Of a DNA stretch of 64,000 bases, positions 22,199 to 32,494 are shown piece after piece. Numbering within the stretch: position 1 is the first letter of the stretch; the number at the start of each line of letters is the position of its first letter. Location: NCBI GenBank assembly GCA_963791045.1, contig CAWBQK010000010.1, positions 35,824 through 99,823 on the forward strand, read 5' to 3'. A program made the translations under genes and the position numbers. Below the pieces are notes generated by a model, which saw only the letters and a program-made list of their open reading frames with translations, was not told the origin of the DNA and made no database searches. This DNA is from Candidatus Latescibacterota bacterium (GTDB lineage: Bacteria > Krumholzibacteriota > Krumholzibacteriia > WVZY01).

Positions 22199-24028
22199 TC
22201 AACGGCGGATCAAAACCAGCTTTTTGCTCACCGAGGATCCACCAACGGATAATCTATAGTAATAAACACTCGAGGAAACCGCAATACCCCGATCGTCTAA
22301 CCCGTCCCATTCCACGACATGCTCACCCGCTGATTTTGCCCCTTCGAAGAGCCTTCTCACCAACCGCCCCTTGACATCGTAAATAGACAGAGCCACTTGC
22401 CGCGTCTCCAGTCTGTCCGGAGCGGCCGCCGGCGCGGACACCCCCTGGGCCATTGCCGAGCCCACCAACCGGAATCGAATGGCGGCCTGGCCTGAAACGG
22501 ATGGGATGAAAGGATTTGGCACACTCTGCATCAGGACGGCGGCCGGGGATATCGCCGGCGGGGCGACGGACACACCGGTGGCGCCATAGAGCGCCGCCTG
22601 GTGGGCGTCGATGACCCCCCAACCATACTCGTTGTCCGGGCTCGAAGAATGATCGCCAGACGAACGTAGCGCATCGCGAAGGTCGATCGGGCTCCAATCG
22701 AGGTTCATCTGGAGACAAAGCGCCGCGGCCCCGGCGACCAGAGGCGTGGCAAGGCTGGTGCCGCTCGCATAATAATACGAGGTCGACCCGGTTGCCGCCG
22801 CGGCATATACCGATACGCCCTGCGCGCAGACATCCGGTTTGATGCGACCGTCAAAAGTGGGCCCCCGCGAACTTGAAGACCAGATAAGACCATTGGAATC
22901 TACGGCCCCCACGGCGACCACACTGTCACCATCGGCCGGTGCAATGAGCCCGGGCCACGGGAGAGGTCCTTCATTCCCCGCCGCCGTAATGACGAGTAAT
23001 CCGCGTGCGGCGGCGATGTCCGCCGCGATGGTGGTAACCGCCGTATTGCCGTCCATATCCTCGTATGTGTACCAGTCATAATATCCAAGAGACGTGCTGA
23101 CAATCACCGCGCCGATACTGTCGGCCCATTCAAGACCTCGAACGTAGTCATCCTCTTCCTGTTGGATTTCTACGTCCACCTGTTCGGTCTTGCCGATCGC
23201 GTAAGTCGCCCCCCACGCGGGACCCACAAGAGTTCCTGGAGCGTATCCGCCCATGGCGGAAAGTGTCGCCGTCCCGTGGTTATGCTGCCACGAGGGATCG
23301 CCCGCTTCGTTCTCGGTGACGGGATCGTTGTTTACAAAATCCCATTCGGCGATCACATCGAGATGGGCGAGTGACTCGTGCCGTCTGTTGAACCCTGTGT
23401 CGAGAATTGCGACCAGGATCCCCTGCCCGTAGAGTCCGGCATCGTGAAGAGATATCACATTGATTAAATCCAATTGCCCAAAACTTGGCCCATAGGTCAA
23501 CGCTGCGGGCGACATATCCGAACCGGGACGTACCGGAGCCGTGGGAGATGATGTTTCAATTATGGATATATTCTCGGGGCGCTTGCGATGGGCCGTCTGA
23601 ACCCGGTCGATCCTGCGAACAAATTCAAATCCCTGTATAACCCGGATGTCCCCGGCCGTCGCGTAGGCGCTGACCGCGTTGAGATATTTCGACCGGTGCT
23701 TCACACGGCAGCCGGCTTCAACGATCTGACGGACATACGCTTCCCGCACGGGCAGGTCGTGGATGTCGGCCAGCGGGCCGTCCGAACGGTTCACACGACG
23801 CTGGTACGCACGCTCTTCGAACGTAATCCCCGCAACCATCGACTCGAGATCGCTCTTGTCTGCTTCACCATGGTCCGCGAAATACACCCAGATTTTGATC
23901 TCATCCTGGGACGGAGACGCAAGGTAGTCCTGTACGGCCGACGAGGTTTTGTCGAGTGTTTGTGCGCCGAGAGGAACCGCGATGCAAAAAAAGAACAGGA
24001 TGAAGAGCGGAGCGATTTTCATTGTCAT
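22199..24028 (-). CDS. S8 subtilisin-like serine peptidase with FlgD-Ig/T9SS-like C-terminal domain
   Basis: Signal peptide and propeptide; triad motifs ILDTG, HGT, GTSLATP; AAGNEG; C-terminus PNPF...IYDVKGRLVRRL...WDGLDDRG...KKLVLIRR. Confidence 0.95.
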   Translation of the reverse strand: MTMKIAPLFILFFFCIAVPLGAQTLDKTSSAVQDYLASPSQDEIKIWVYFADHGEADKSDLESMVAGITFEERAYQRRVNRSDGPLADIHDLPVREAYVRQIVEAGCRVKHRSKYLNAVSAYATAGDIRVIQGFEFVRRIDRVQTAHRKRPENISIIETSSPTAPVRPGSDMSPAALTYGPSFGQLDLINVISLHDAGLYGQGILVAILDTGFNRRHESLAHLDVIAEWDFVNNDPVTENEAGDPSWQHNHGTATLSAMGGYAPGTLVGPAWGATYAIGKTEQVDVEIQQEEDDYVRGLEWADSIGAVIVSTSLGYYDWYTYEDMDGNTAVTTIAADIAAARGLLVITAAGNEGPLPWPGLIAPADGDSVVAVGAVDSNGLIWSSSSRGPTFDGRIKPDVCAQGVSVYAAAATGSTSYYYASGTSLATPLVAGAAALCLQMNLDWSPIDLRDALRSSGDHSSSPDNEYGWGVIDAHQAALYGATGVSVAPPAISPAAVLMQSVPNPFIPSVSGQAAIRFRLVGSAMAQGVSAPAAAPDRLETRQVALSIYDVKGRLVRRLFEGAKSAGEHVVEWDGLDDRGIAVSSSVYYYRLSVGGSSVSKKLVLIRR

Positions 24029-24108
24029 CAGATCCTTTGGTGGACTGCGGCCACGTGTTGCCGGTTCGCCTCACACCCAAAGCGAACCGGATAAGCTGTT
24101 GTTACTAA

Positions 24109-24137
24109 ATAATATCACATTAGGGCCCGCATGTCAA
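24109..24137 (-). promoter_or_regulatory. Sigma70-type promoter for the S8 peptidase (possibly reading into the ppdK operon)
   Basis: TTGACA-17 nt-TATTAT with TGn extension. Confidence 0.7.
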
Positions 24138-24225
24138 ATAATCGAGCGGTGTCGGGCGAAAAGAGGTTGGGTTTTCGGCGTGGGGGGGGGTGCACAGGAG
24201 TGGAATCCGGACCAGGCCGAAGGAA

Positions 24226-26559
24226 TCAGTCTACCCGCGGGAGTTTCCACTCCTCGAACAAAATAACTTCAAGGGCTTCTTGGACTTGTGAGGGCTTGAA
24301 AAATACCGGCTCGAATCCCCACACGACACTTCTCGCCGCAACACCTCCGGCCCCACCCGGCAAGCGATCACCATAAGTCGAGGTCCAGAATCCAACGGGC
24401 GCGCCGTAAATAACGGACGCTGCGTCAAGACACCCATGACCGTACATCGGTTGAAAACAATCCCTCTGAGGCTGTGTTTCGGCGACCCTGCTGCAGATAT
24501 CCTGGAAATACGGCGGGTTGTAAATATCGTTTACCAGTCCCCTTCTGTCCTCGGAAAACTCCTTCGTAGCGGCCGCCACTTCCGGTCGCAATTCCAGGGT
24601 TGGGAACCGCAACGAATCTGCCGGAATCGCGAAGCGAAGACCATTCGTGCGGGACAGATGATCTCTTGTGAGAATGACCGAGCACGAGTGTTGCGGAAAC
24701 TGGCGAATGAGTTTTTTGTTCGTGATCGAACTGATATCGATGACATTCAAACAACATTCGTTATAAGCAAACGACAGCTCGCCGACACCTTCCTCGCCAA
24801 TCGAAGAATCCTCATAGGATCCATCCTGATCGCCCGTGAGCTCGTACCGGAATATTACCGGATAACCGGGGGTTTTCGTCCCGCCGGCGAAAACCATCGG
24901 GTTGATGACCGCCGTCATCGGTTGTTCACCGCAGAGCAGCAAATGACCGCCCGCCGCCAAATACAGCGCTAGAATGTTGGGCTGCACTTTACCGGTGACC
25001 ACACCACCAAGGCTGGGGTCGCTGGGAATGAAGTGTATCAGATCGGGGAGAACCGAGATCCCCGCCTGGATATTGTAACCGCTGTACGCGTCCCAGATCA
25101 TCGACTTGTAGTCGGCCACCGCCTGGATGGGCAGATCGTTATCCACCTCGATCATATCGACCGCGGGATCGAAATCCTTTACGTTTGCGAGAACATCGCG
25201 CCAGAACTGGTCGTGCTCCGCGTCACTGGGGACACCGCCGTTGGTCGCGGCAAACCCCGGACTACCGCCCTCGTCATAATCATCGACCACCAGCAGGTTC
25301 TTCTGGAACGTAAACGGGACGATGTTCACACGGATTCCGGCTCTGGACGTGAAACCCGAGTTGTCTATGACCTCGACGTGAAACGTATGGGAATCGAACT
25401 CGAACCTGCGCGACGGCGTCTCGGCCGTGTTTCTGTTCGAGAAAAACGGTGTGTAATCGATGTCCCACTGGGTTCGGTCGTTGAGATCCTGTATGTCCCA
25501 CCCGTACCTGTAACCCGACACCACGCCACCATAACTGGACGCATCGGCTGAAAAGCGGAAGCTCATCGGCACTTTTGCCGGCAAATCGATAATAGTCGTC
25601 GGTGTGTTCGGGCTCGATGTAATAATCGTTCCCATATACTTATTGAATACTGTCAGCACGGGCCCGGTCAGTCTCTGCGAGACCAGGATGCGGCGGACGT
25701 TTCTCGCCTCGTCAAAAACAGGACTGACGGCGCCTGCCTCATCCATAACCTGCAGAGCGAAAACATAAGGACCAAATTCAAGAGGACGAGTCGTCCACGT
25801 CTTGCCGGAGTCGCCAACCGCCCTGTAATACCGCCAATCCGACCACTCGGGAGCATCGAGGTTTGACCTGATATATTCGATCGTGTTGCCCCAGCTCTCG
25901 CCAAAATCCCGGGTGCTGATCATGATCCAACGCACCGAGTCGGGTTCCTGCACCTGGCGCTCGTTCGACACGTAGTCCTTCCCAACCCATCTAAACGATG
26001 AGATGGGCGGCACCTGGGCGGGGTTGGAACCCACTCGCCTGGGAACGAGAATATCCACGACGGGCGAAAGCGTCCGGGCGGTGAACGATCGGTAGGCCGG
26101 TCTTGCGGACGCCAATCCCATGTCGTCAATGGAGCGGATGAAAAAAGTGTGCGAGCGCACAAAATCAACCGGCTCGAGATTGTTCGGATCGGTGGAAGAG
26201 CTATCGGCGAGCTCATCGGCAGTAAAAGTGAATGTGGAATCGTTCGAATACACGCGATGCCACTTGTCAACCCCGACCGTGTCGGCCGGATCGAATACAC
26301 CGTTCCCGTTATCCGTAATGCAGTATTCGAAATAGGCGACATCACCATCCGGATCCCAACCACCCCAGAAAAGATGAAGCGTGTATTCCGACACGGTTCC
26401 CTCTGGCGGCGCCGAAGACAACCAAACGTCGGGTGCCTGGTTCGCCTTCTGCGTTCCGACGAGATCCTCGTTGGCGCAACCGATGGCAATAGCCACAACT
26501 GCGACACAAACCATCAACGCAAACACTGTGTTTATTTTTATGTTCTCAATCGCAATCAT
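24226..26559 (-). CDS. Large hypothetical lipoprotein (paralog of 28025..30345)
   Basis: Lipobox AIGC; NQAPDVWLSSAPPEG...LFWGGWDPDG; C-terminal alpha/beta domain LLVVDD...YLAAGGHLLLCG; 777 aa. Confidence 0.85.
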   Translation of the reverse strand: MIAIENIKINTVFALMVCVAVVAIAIGCANEDLVGTQKANQAPDVWLSSAPPEGTVSEYTLHLFWGGWDPDGDVAYFEYCITDNGNGVFDPADTVGVDKWHRVYSNDSTFTFTADELADSSSTDPNNLEPVDFVRSHTFFIRSIDDMGLASARPAYRSFTARTLSPVVDILVPRRVGSNPAQVPPISSFRWVGKDYVSNERQVQEPDSVRWIMISTRDFGESWGNTIEYIRSNLDAPEWSDWRYYRAVGDSGKTWTTRPLEFGPYVFALQVMDEAGAVSPVFDEARNVRRILVSQRLTGPVLTVFNKYMGTIITSSPNTPTTIIDLPAKVPMSFRFSADASSYGGVVSGYRYGWDIQDLNDRTQWDIDYTPFFSNRNTAETPSRRFEFDSHTFHVEVIDNSGFTSRAGIRVNIVPFTFQKNLLVVDDYDEGGSPGFAATNGGVPSDAEHDQFWRDVLANVKDFDPAVDMIEVDNDLPIQAVADYKSMIWDAYSGYNIQAGISVLPDLIHFIPSDPSLGGVVTGKVQPNILALYLAAGGHLLLCGEQPMTAVINPMVFAGGTKTPGYPVIFRYELTGDQDGSYEDSSIGEEGVGELSFAYNECCLNVIDISSITNKKLIRQFPQHSCSVILTRDHLSRTNGLRFAIPADSLRFPTLELRPEVAAATKEFSEDRRGLVNDIYNPPYFQDICSRVAETQPQRDCFQPMYGHGCLDAASVIYGAPVGFWTSTYGDRLPGGAGGVAARSVVWGFEPVFFKPSQVQEALEVILFEEWKLPRVD

Positions 26560-26667
26560 AGTGGATCACCAAAAACGCGCAAGGCTCTCTGTTATCCGCG
26601 AGATTTCGGAATTTGTCTGGTGGGGACAGTCCTCAGTTTTCATAGCGCGGCGTGCGCGCCACGGCAC

Positions 26668-28002
26668 TCATCGGATAATAATCAATCGACCATACACCCA
26701 GTTGCCGCTCACTGATTCCAGTCTGAATATGTAGACCCCCGACGCCACTTCGTCACCCGCCAGGTTCCTCGTGTCCCACTCAATGGTCCCGGGTCCATCG
26801 GTCTGGGAAAACTCCCACACCAGATCTCCCGCGGGGGTATATACCTTGAGCTGACACTCATCGGGGGTATTGACAAAGCGAACCTTGTTATCGGGATAGT
26901 TATGGTAATTTTCAGTCGTGTATTGCGATGATCCCGAACGGTACGGATTTGGAACCGCGTAGACTTCCGGCAGATCGCGCTGCGGATCCACCTTCGTCGT
27001 GACCGTCACTATCTCCAACGGACACGGATAAGGCGTGCCTTCGGTAACGGGACAGTGGTCAAATTTACTTAAACCCTGAGTCGTCGACCTGACATTGTAA
27101 CCGCGATCGAAGGTTGTAACAATGTATTGATATGTAAACCCGTTGAAGGCGTTTCTGTCCACCCACCACAGCTCGTTGGGACCGAGCCGCCCGTTCGGGT
27201 GAATTTCCCGGATATCAATTGTCTCGCCAACGCCGGGAATTCCACCTGGATAGTCAAAGTAACCCCTCGTTCTCAACGCTGGGATGATATCCGCATAATA
27301 AAGCGAATCAAACGCTGCGCCGCGGAACGCTTCTTCTTTTGACGTTTCTCCGATATTAATGAAGTCGTCACCATTGTCACTGATACCCCGAAACACGTGG
27401 TTGCCCTCAAAATCCTCGACACCCAGGATAAAGATACCGTTACTGTCCACGAGCCCTTCGGTAAATGAAATCGTAAATCCAAGATCGAGCGTGGAACCGT
27501 CGTTCGTATTTCTTAAAATACATTCGATGGGCGCCCCGGCCGTATAGGCGGCGCCAATATCCACTGTATTCGTCAAAAATTCGAACCCAATAATATCATA
27601 ACGAATCCGGATATCCGGCCGTTCCAGTCCGCTGATGCCCACGCGGCCGCTGTTCTGGACGGTAAACCTGATGGTCCTGTCCACCGATCCGGAATACACA
27701 CCACCGGAAACGGGTGTGGACAGGCTGTCCTGCGGGTGGGGGGAATTCTTTGCGCGCCATCCCGTGGTATCCGGAGTGTGAATCAGAGTGCCGATGTCAT
27801 CCGGGATGTCCTCCCAGAAAACATGGTTGGCAAACGAGCTCCGGTCGTCATTCATCTTGGTGATGACATAAACATTCGCTGGCGCAACGAGTTGAAGGGT
27901 ATCCGCCGCCGCCTGCGCGTGAGATTTCGCCGGCACGAGGCACAGGCAAAACGCCAGAAATAAATATACGACCCCAATAGCCCTCAGGCTCTTCATCATC
28001 AC
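26668..28002 (-). CDS. Secreted protein with FlgD-Ig/T9SS-like C-terminal sorting domain
   Basis: AGGAGG RBS; signal peptide; NGFTYQYIVTTFD (Fn3-like); VYAVPNPYR...KVYTPAGDLV...WDTRNLAGDEVASGVYIF...GRLIIIR. Confidence 0.85.
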   Translation of the reverse strand: MMMKSLRAIGVVYLFLAFCLCLVPAKSHAQAAADTLQLVAPANVYVITKMNDDRSSFANHVFWEDIPDDIGTLIHTPDTTGWRAKNSPHPQDSLSTPVSGGVYSGSVDRTIRFTVQNSGRVGISGLERPDIRIRYDIIGFEFLTNTVDIGAAYTAGAPIECILRNTNDGSTLDLGFTISFTEGLVDSNGIFILGVEDFEGNHVFRGISDNGDDFINIGETSKEEAFRGAAFDSLYYADIIPALRTRGYFDYPGGIPGVGETIDIREIHPNGRLGPNELWWVDRNAFNGFTYQYIVTTFDRGYNVRSTTQGLSKFDHCPVTEGTPYPCPLEIVTVTTKVDPQRDLPEVYAVPNPYRSGSSQYTTENYHNYPDNKVRFVNTPDECQLKVYTPAGDLVWEFSQTDGPGTIEWDTRNLAGDEVASGVYIFRLESVSGNWVYGRLIIIR

Positions 28003-28024
28003 AGCTATTGTCCTCCTGTTGCGC

Positions 28025-30345
28025 TTAATTACGCGGCAATTGCCACTCGTCGAACAGAATAATATCCATTGCCTGCTTCACTTGAGACGGAGTGAAATAT
28101 ACAGGATGGAACCCGAATACGGCGCTCCGCGCCGCGACACCGCCCGCATCCGGGACGCGTTCTTCGAAAACAGTTGTCCAGAAAGCGACCGGCGCGTCAT
28201 AAATTGACTCGAATTGAGATCATTCAGACATCCGTTCGAATAAATCGGCATGAAACAATCCCGCAGCGGGATGTTTTCCGTGAAGTCCTGGCATGTACCC
28301 GTCGCGTCGCCGCCTTTGGGCACGTTATTGAAATAAGGCGGATTGTATATGTCACAGTTGATTCCACTACGGTCGGGAGAGTACCATTTGCCCGGCGCGG
28401 CAACTTCCGGACGCAAGTCCAATGTCGGAAATTCGTAGTCCACATCAACGGGCATGGCCATCCGCAGACCGTCGGTCCTCTGATTCTGCGTCCTCATGGT
28501 CGTCACCGGGCACCCCTGGATACCCGGACGACGGATAGACAGATTGGTACGAATATACCCGATATCGAGAACGTTTAAACAACATTCTTGATAGGCAAAC
28601 GAGTCCTCACCGACACCACGCGTCCCGATGTTAGAATCCTCGTACCGTCCATCCTGATCCCCCTGCAATTCGTACCGGAAAATAATCGGGAACGACGGGG
28701 TGGCCGGCGCGAACGACGTACGGTTAATCGCCGCCGTCATTATCTGATTTCCGCACAACAGAACGTGACCGCCGGCGGCCATAAACAGTGAAACGATGTT
28801 CGGCGTCGTTTTCCCTCCGCCCGAAGGGATATCGGGATCAACAAACCTAAGGACATCATTGATAAGAGATGGCGTCGTCGAGTTGTGCGCGGCCGTGGCC
28901 ACCCAAATCAACGACTTGTAATCAGCGAGCGCGTTGATCGGAAGTTCGTCTCCTACCTCCATCACGTCGACCGCCGGATCGAACTGATCGACGTCGGCCA
29001 ACATATCGTTCCAGAACGCGTCGTGTTCTACATCGCTGGGCAAACCACCCAAAGTCACGCCAAACCCGGCGCTGTTTTCTTCCCAGTCGTCCACGAGGAG
29101 CACGTTTTTTTGCATCGTAAACGGCACGACGTTCACCCTCACGCCAAGCCGCGACGAATAACCTGAATTGTCGATCACTTCGACATGGAAGGTGTGGGAG
29201 TCGAACTCGAAGGTTCTCGCCGGGCTCTCGGCAGAGTTGTTGTCCGTCACGAACGGTGTAAAATCGATATCCCACTGTGACGGATCATTGAGGTCCTGGA
29301 TATCCCAGCCGTACCGGTATCCGGAAACCACTCCGCCATAGCTCCTCGCATTCGCCCTGAATCGAAACGACATGGGAACCCTGGCCGGGAGATCGATGAT
29401 GGTAAGCGGTGCATTCGGGCTCGATGTCACCATCGTCCCGATAAATTTGTTAAACACAGTGAGAACCGGGCCGGTTGAGCGCTGAGACACGAGAAGCCGC
29501 CTGACATTCCGCGACTCGTCAAACACCGGGCTCACCGCCCCCGCTTCGTCCTTGACCTGAATACCAAACACATACGGGCCGAAATCGAGCGCAGGTGTCG
29601 TCCAGAATTTCCCCGAATCTCCCGGCGCCGAGTAAGACTTCCATGGATACCATTCCTCGGCGTCCGGAGTGTTCCGTATGTATTCGATCGCCGCTCCCCA
29701 GCTCTCGCCAAACGGCTCGGTGCTAACAAGAATCCACCTCACCGAATCCGGATCCTGGGTCTCGCGAATATTGCTGACGTAATCTCTCGCGACCCACTGA
29801 AAGGTTGAAATCGGCGGCACCTGGGCCGGCGTACTGCCCGATGTGGTAGGAACGAGGATATCGATCACCGGGGACAGCGTCCTCGCGGTAAAAGATCGAT
29901 ACGCCGGTTTGGCCGACGCCTTCCCCTCATTATCGACCGCGCGGATAAAGAACGTGTGGGAACGGATAAAATCGATGGGCTCAAGATTGAGAGGATCCAC
30001 TTCATTGGAATCGGCCAATTCGTCCGCGGTGAAGGTAAACGACGAGTCGTTTCTCACCACCGCGTGCCACTTGTCGGCGCCGGTTGTATCCGCCGGATTG
30101 AAGATGCCGTTCACGTTATCCGCGACCGAGTACTCGTAATAGGAGATCTCGCCGTCGGGATCCCAGCCTCCCCAGTACAGGTGGAGCGTATAATTGCTCT
30201 GAGTCCCCTCGGGCGGCGCGCTGGACAACCACACCGACGGAGGCTGATTTGCCTTGCCGGGGCCCTCCAGCTGATCCGAGGCACAACCGATTAGCGACGC
30301 GCCTAGAAGGAGCACAAAGACGACGTACAACATATTCCTGATCAT
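28025..30345 (-). CDS. Large hypothetical lipoprotein (paralog of 24226..26559), frameshift near 28205
   Basis: ATG 30345, lipobox LIGC, NQPPSVWLSSAPPEG. After a frameshift near 28205 the alternative frame reads IYDAPVAFWTTVFEERVPDAGGVAARSAVFGFHPVYFTPSQVKQAMDIILFDEWQLPRN*, which matches the paralog's C-terminus. Confidence 0.8.
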
Positions 30346-30410
30346 GATGTCTTTCCTCGCTTGGTTATGCAAACCCGGGGTCGGGGTGGGGATCGCAAAC
30401 CCAGAATCCG

Positions 30411-32288
30411 CTATCTCGTCACCTTTAAATAGAACCGCAATGTTTTGTGTTCGGTCCATCGGCCCAACTGTGAGGCCTGGTACGAATTCAGCTTCTCCTT
30501 TTCCCCGGCAACGAACATATACTGTTCGAACTCTTCCCGTCCGATATCTCGTCCGTAAATATCGAATTCATACTCTTTATTCCAGAACGCCGGCTGATTC
30601 GCCCATATGTTGGCCCCGCCCGGATCGGCGGCAAGGTCGTACCTGTAAATAACCTCATAGCGATCGGCGAGCACATTCGGGCTCGGTCCCTCAACCCAGG
30701 CCTTGGAACGGCCAAACTTCTGATTCACGCCGTCCAATGTCCGTGTGAAGAGGTAATACCAGTTCACCACACCGAAGTTCACGTTCTCCTTGGGATGATC
30801 GTGACCGGTCGCATTGATATCGAAATAATAGATCTTTTTGGCGTTCACCTTGCCGGTGCTGAAATCAATCTCCACGGTATCCGTGTTCGACGGATTCCAC
30901 CAGTCCCAGACAAAGGTGTCCGCAGCCGTCGGCGCGACGACTCCATCGTAATTCATCAGATACGAATCGTCGAGTGTCGGATTGAAGTTTCCGACAATTT
31001 CGATTTCGGATTTTGGCAGACCGAACTCCGGTCCGGGGTTGGTCTCGAACATGTTGCCGTCGGCTTTGCCGTACTCATCCACCGACCGCGCCCGAATCAC
31101 ATATTCGACACTGCCCATATTCATTGTCGTGGAATCGGGTGTCCCATCGGGGTTGTTGTCTTCCGGCGTATCGGGAAGCCAGCGGCTCCTGGAGCTGGCG
31201 CCGGGTATCCGCGCGGAGTCACGCTCGTACTGGAGCTGATAGCCGATACACTTATTGACATCATCGACACAGAGAGTGCTGTCCCGCCTGTCATCCCATC
31301 CCCTGTAGTCCAGTCTCAGCCAGCTTTTATAGGGAACGGTGTCCGGAGGACTTCCCGCATCGATATCGATAAACTCGCGGATCTCCTGGCTCGCGACAAA
31401 GTACGTATTCTCCAGCTGGTTGATCTCCGTATCCGGCTGGTAGTTGACCACGAGTTGAACCACACCGTCGGTAAAACTTTTTACATCGGCACGGGACTCG
31501 GCGCTCGACTCATCTTTGCACTGTGTCACGAACCTGAAAACACCGCTCGGCACCGCATCATCGCCAACATTCGGGAAGTACCGAATCGTATCGGCGAGAT
31601 CATCACTCCAGAGATCTTGTCCATCGACATTAACTGTCGCCGTCAGCGGGTAATACTTGTATGCGAGGATCAACCCGTTCGACGTTATCCCGCGATAGGA
31701 CAACGAAAACGGTCTGAACATCCCAACCGTGTCGAGCACGGCGGGATCGTACGCACTCGTCAACGGCGGCGCGCCGGGATCATACGGATCAATATTTGTA
31801 ATGGTCGTCGCGAAGACAACCCTCGGCAGTTCCCCTACCGTCGCGACAAACTCCACTGCCGCCGGAGTGGAATCGATTACACCGTTGTCATCAATCGCGG
31901 CAATATGAAACGCCTGCCGGTTCTTCCTCAACCCAACACCCGCCACATTCTTGAAAGCCTCAAAGGCTATAACCGTATCCGTTCTCGAAGTAATTCTTCC
32001 GGCTCGGTAATCGACCACTCGTTCGGCGGGACTCCATCTGAGATCGAGGTTCGCCTCGAGCGTGTCGGTGATGGTCCAGATGTACTGAGTGGCGGTGCCA
32101 TCCATGTCAATCCCCCGCCAGTACAGGTGTACATTCCAATCATACTCCGTCGAATCGGGTGGCGCGTACCACAACTCCGTATCGGGAGAGCGGTTGGCGT
32201 CAACGAGCGACGGCTGGTTTCGCCGGCAGGAGAAAAGTATGACCGATAGGCACACTAATATCAGGAAAAAGGCCACTCTAAGCTTCAT
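30411..32288 (-). CDS. Hypothetical lipoprotein, distant relative of the two downstream lipoproteins
   Basis: Lipobox LFSC; NRSPDTELWYAPPDS...VHLYWRGIDMDG...FHIAAIDDNG mirrors NQxPxVWLSSAPPEG...LHLYWGGWDPDG...FFIRAVDNEG. Confidence 0.85.
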   Translation of the reverse strand: MKLRVAFFLILVCLSVILFSCRRNQPSLVDANRSPDTELWYAPPDSTEYDWNVHLYWRGIDMDGTATQYIWTITDTLEANLDLRWSPAERVVDYRAGRITSRTDTVIAFEAFKNVAGVGLRKNRQAFHIAAIDDNGVIDSTPAAVEFVATVGELPRVVFATTITNIDPYDPGAPPLTSAYDPAVLDTVGMFRPFSLSYRGITSNGLILAYKYYPLTATVNVDGQDLWSDDLADTIRYFPNVGDDAVPSGVFRFVTQCKDESSAESRADVKSFTDGVVQLVVNYQPDTEINQLENTYFVASQEIREFIDIDAGSPPDTVPYKSWLRLDYRGWDDRRDSTLCVDDVNKCIGYQLQYERDSARIPGASSRSRWLPDTPEDNNPDGTPDSTTMNMGSVEYVIRARSVDEYGKADGNMFETNPGPEFGLPKSEIEIVGNFNPTLDDSYLMNYDGVVAPTAADTFVWDWWNPSNTDTVEIDFSTGKVNAKKIYYFDINATGHDHPKENVNFGVVNWYYLFTRTLDGVNQKFGRSKAWVEGPSPNVLADRYEVIYRYDLAADPGGANIWANQPAFWNKEYEFDIYGRDIGREEFEQYMFVAGEKEKLNSYQASQLGRWTEHKTLRFYLKVTR

Positions 32289-32351
32289 GAAGCGAGTTCT
32301 CCTTTTAAGTGCTCTGTGGGGTTTGGTGGGGACTGATTACGAAGCGTTAGA

Positions 32352-32381
32352 AATATAAAGGATTTACCCGGATGGTGTCAA
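32352..32381 (-). promoter_or_regulatory. Sigma70-type promoter for the lipoprotein cluster
   Basis: TTGACA-18 nt-TATATT upstream of AAGGAG and ATG 32288. Confidence 0.6.
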
Positions 32382-32435
32382 TAGAAAAACTTGGCCGAGC
32401 GAGGCTCTAAAGCATGATAAAAAAAAAGGATACAT

Positions 32436-32472
32436 AAAACCAGGGCCGGCGCATGGCACCGGCCCTGATTTT
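32436..32472 (-). terminator. Rho-independent terminator after the frameshifted secreted protein gene
   Basis: CAGGGCCGG/CCGGCCCTG 9-bp stem flanked by A4/T4; on the minus strand followed by GTTTT and a T9 run. Confidence 0.8.
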
Positions 32473-32494
32473 CAAACCACGATTCGGAGACTTC

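Noticed and set aside
24182-24190. G9 tract as a phase-variation switch
   Set aside because: It is intergenic and ~45 nt upstream of the -35 box, so a length change would have no obvious effect.
28078-28210. Divergent C-terminus of ORF 28078..30459 as real diversification
   Set aside because: The alternative frame restores clear homology to the paralog up to the stop at 28025, so it is a single indel, probably an error.
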